DNA from: Mytilus trossulus
Taxonomy: Eukaryota
Assembly (NCBI RefSeq): GCF_036588685.1
Contig: NC_086381.1
Location: forward strand, 33,914,001 to 33,978,000
DNA: 64,000 nucleotides
Reading direction: 5' to 3'
Position numbers and translations under genes: made by a program. Position 1 is the stretch's first letter; every line of letters begins with the position of its first letter. The notes beneath the pieces were generated by a model. The model was not told where the DNA came from and did no database searches. It saw only the letters and a list, made by a program, of their open reading frames with translations. Below, one piece after another: positions 63,701 to 64,000 of this stretch.

Positions 63701-64000
63701 ATCCCCCTCATTGCGGAACTATCTTGCTCTAGTAACCATATTTGTCTGGACAAATTTCACCCTAGATTTGTTTATGTTGGCTTCAATATGCAACAGTTTA
63801 ATTCGTGATGGCTGTTCTGTCCGACAGTCCGTTTTGGTGAACCAACCAGTCCCCAAAAAGTAGTTATATGAGTCTTATTTTTATCATACACGTTTAAATC
63901 AAACTTATGGTAAACGTTGTTTAATATAAATCTAAATTATGCATAAAAATATAAGAATAGCCCAATTTTAATAATATGCATTAATCCCAACAATTTGATG

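Overview
AT-rich eukaryotic genomic DNA with GT-AG introns. The interspersed repeats look like those of a bivalve mollusc, probably a mytilid (inference). I could assemble three multi-exon genes exon by exon with consistent splice phases. (1) A SIRT3-like NAD+-dependent deacylase (+, 10536-19161; start codon exon not located) whose catalytic core is fused in frame to a ~650-aa low-complexity terminal exon. (2) TYSND1, the peroxisomal leader-peptide-processing protease (-, 32773-25070; 525 aa), with an intact His/Asp/Ser triad and its PTS1 signal (SKL) on a separate last exon with only 14 coding nt. (3) A BICRA/GLTSCR1-family ncBAF subunit (+, 40750-53427; 1572 aa), head-to-head with TYSND1 across a candidate bidirectional promoter at about 34.9-35.5 kb. 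The rest is introns and intergenic DNA containing a decayed CR1/L2-type LINE, a CR1 3' fragment, HINE/Helentron-like elements, Tc1/mariner- and PIF/Harbinger-type MITEs, TE-derived minisatellites (21, 29 and 30 bp), a near-identical 1.23-kb tandem duplication, and many TACATGTA/TACCGGTA palindromes resembling DNA-transposon excision footprints. I found no clear new multi-gene system. The best leads are the tailed sirtuin, the splice-separable PTS1 and the footprint signature.
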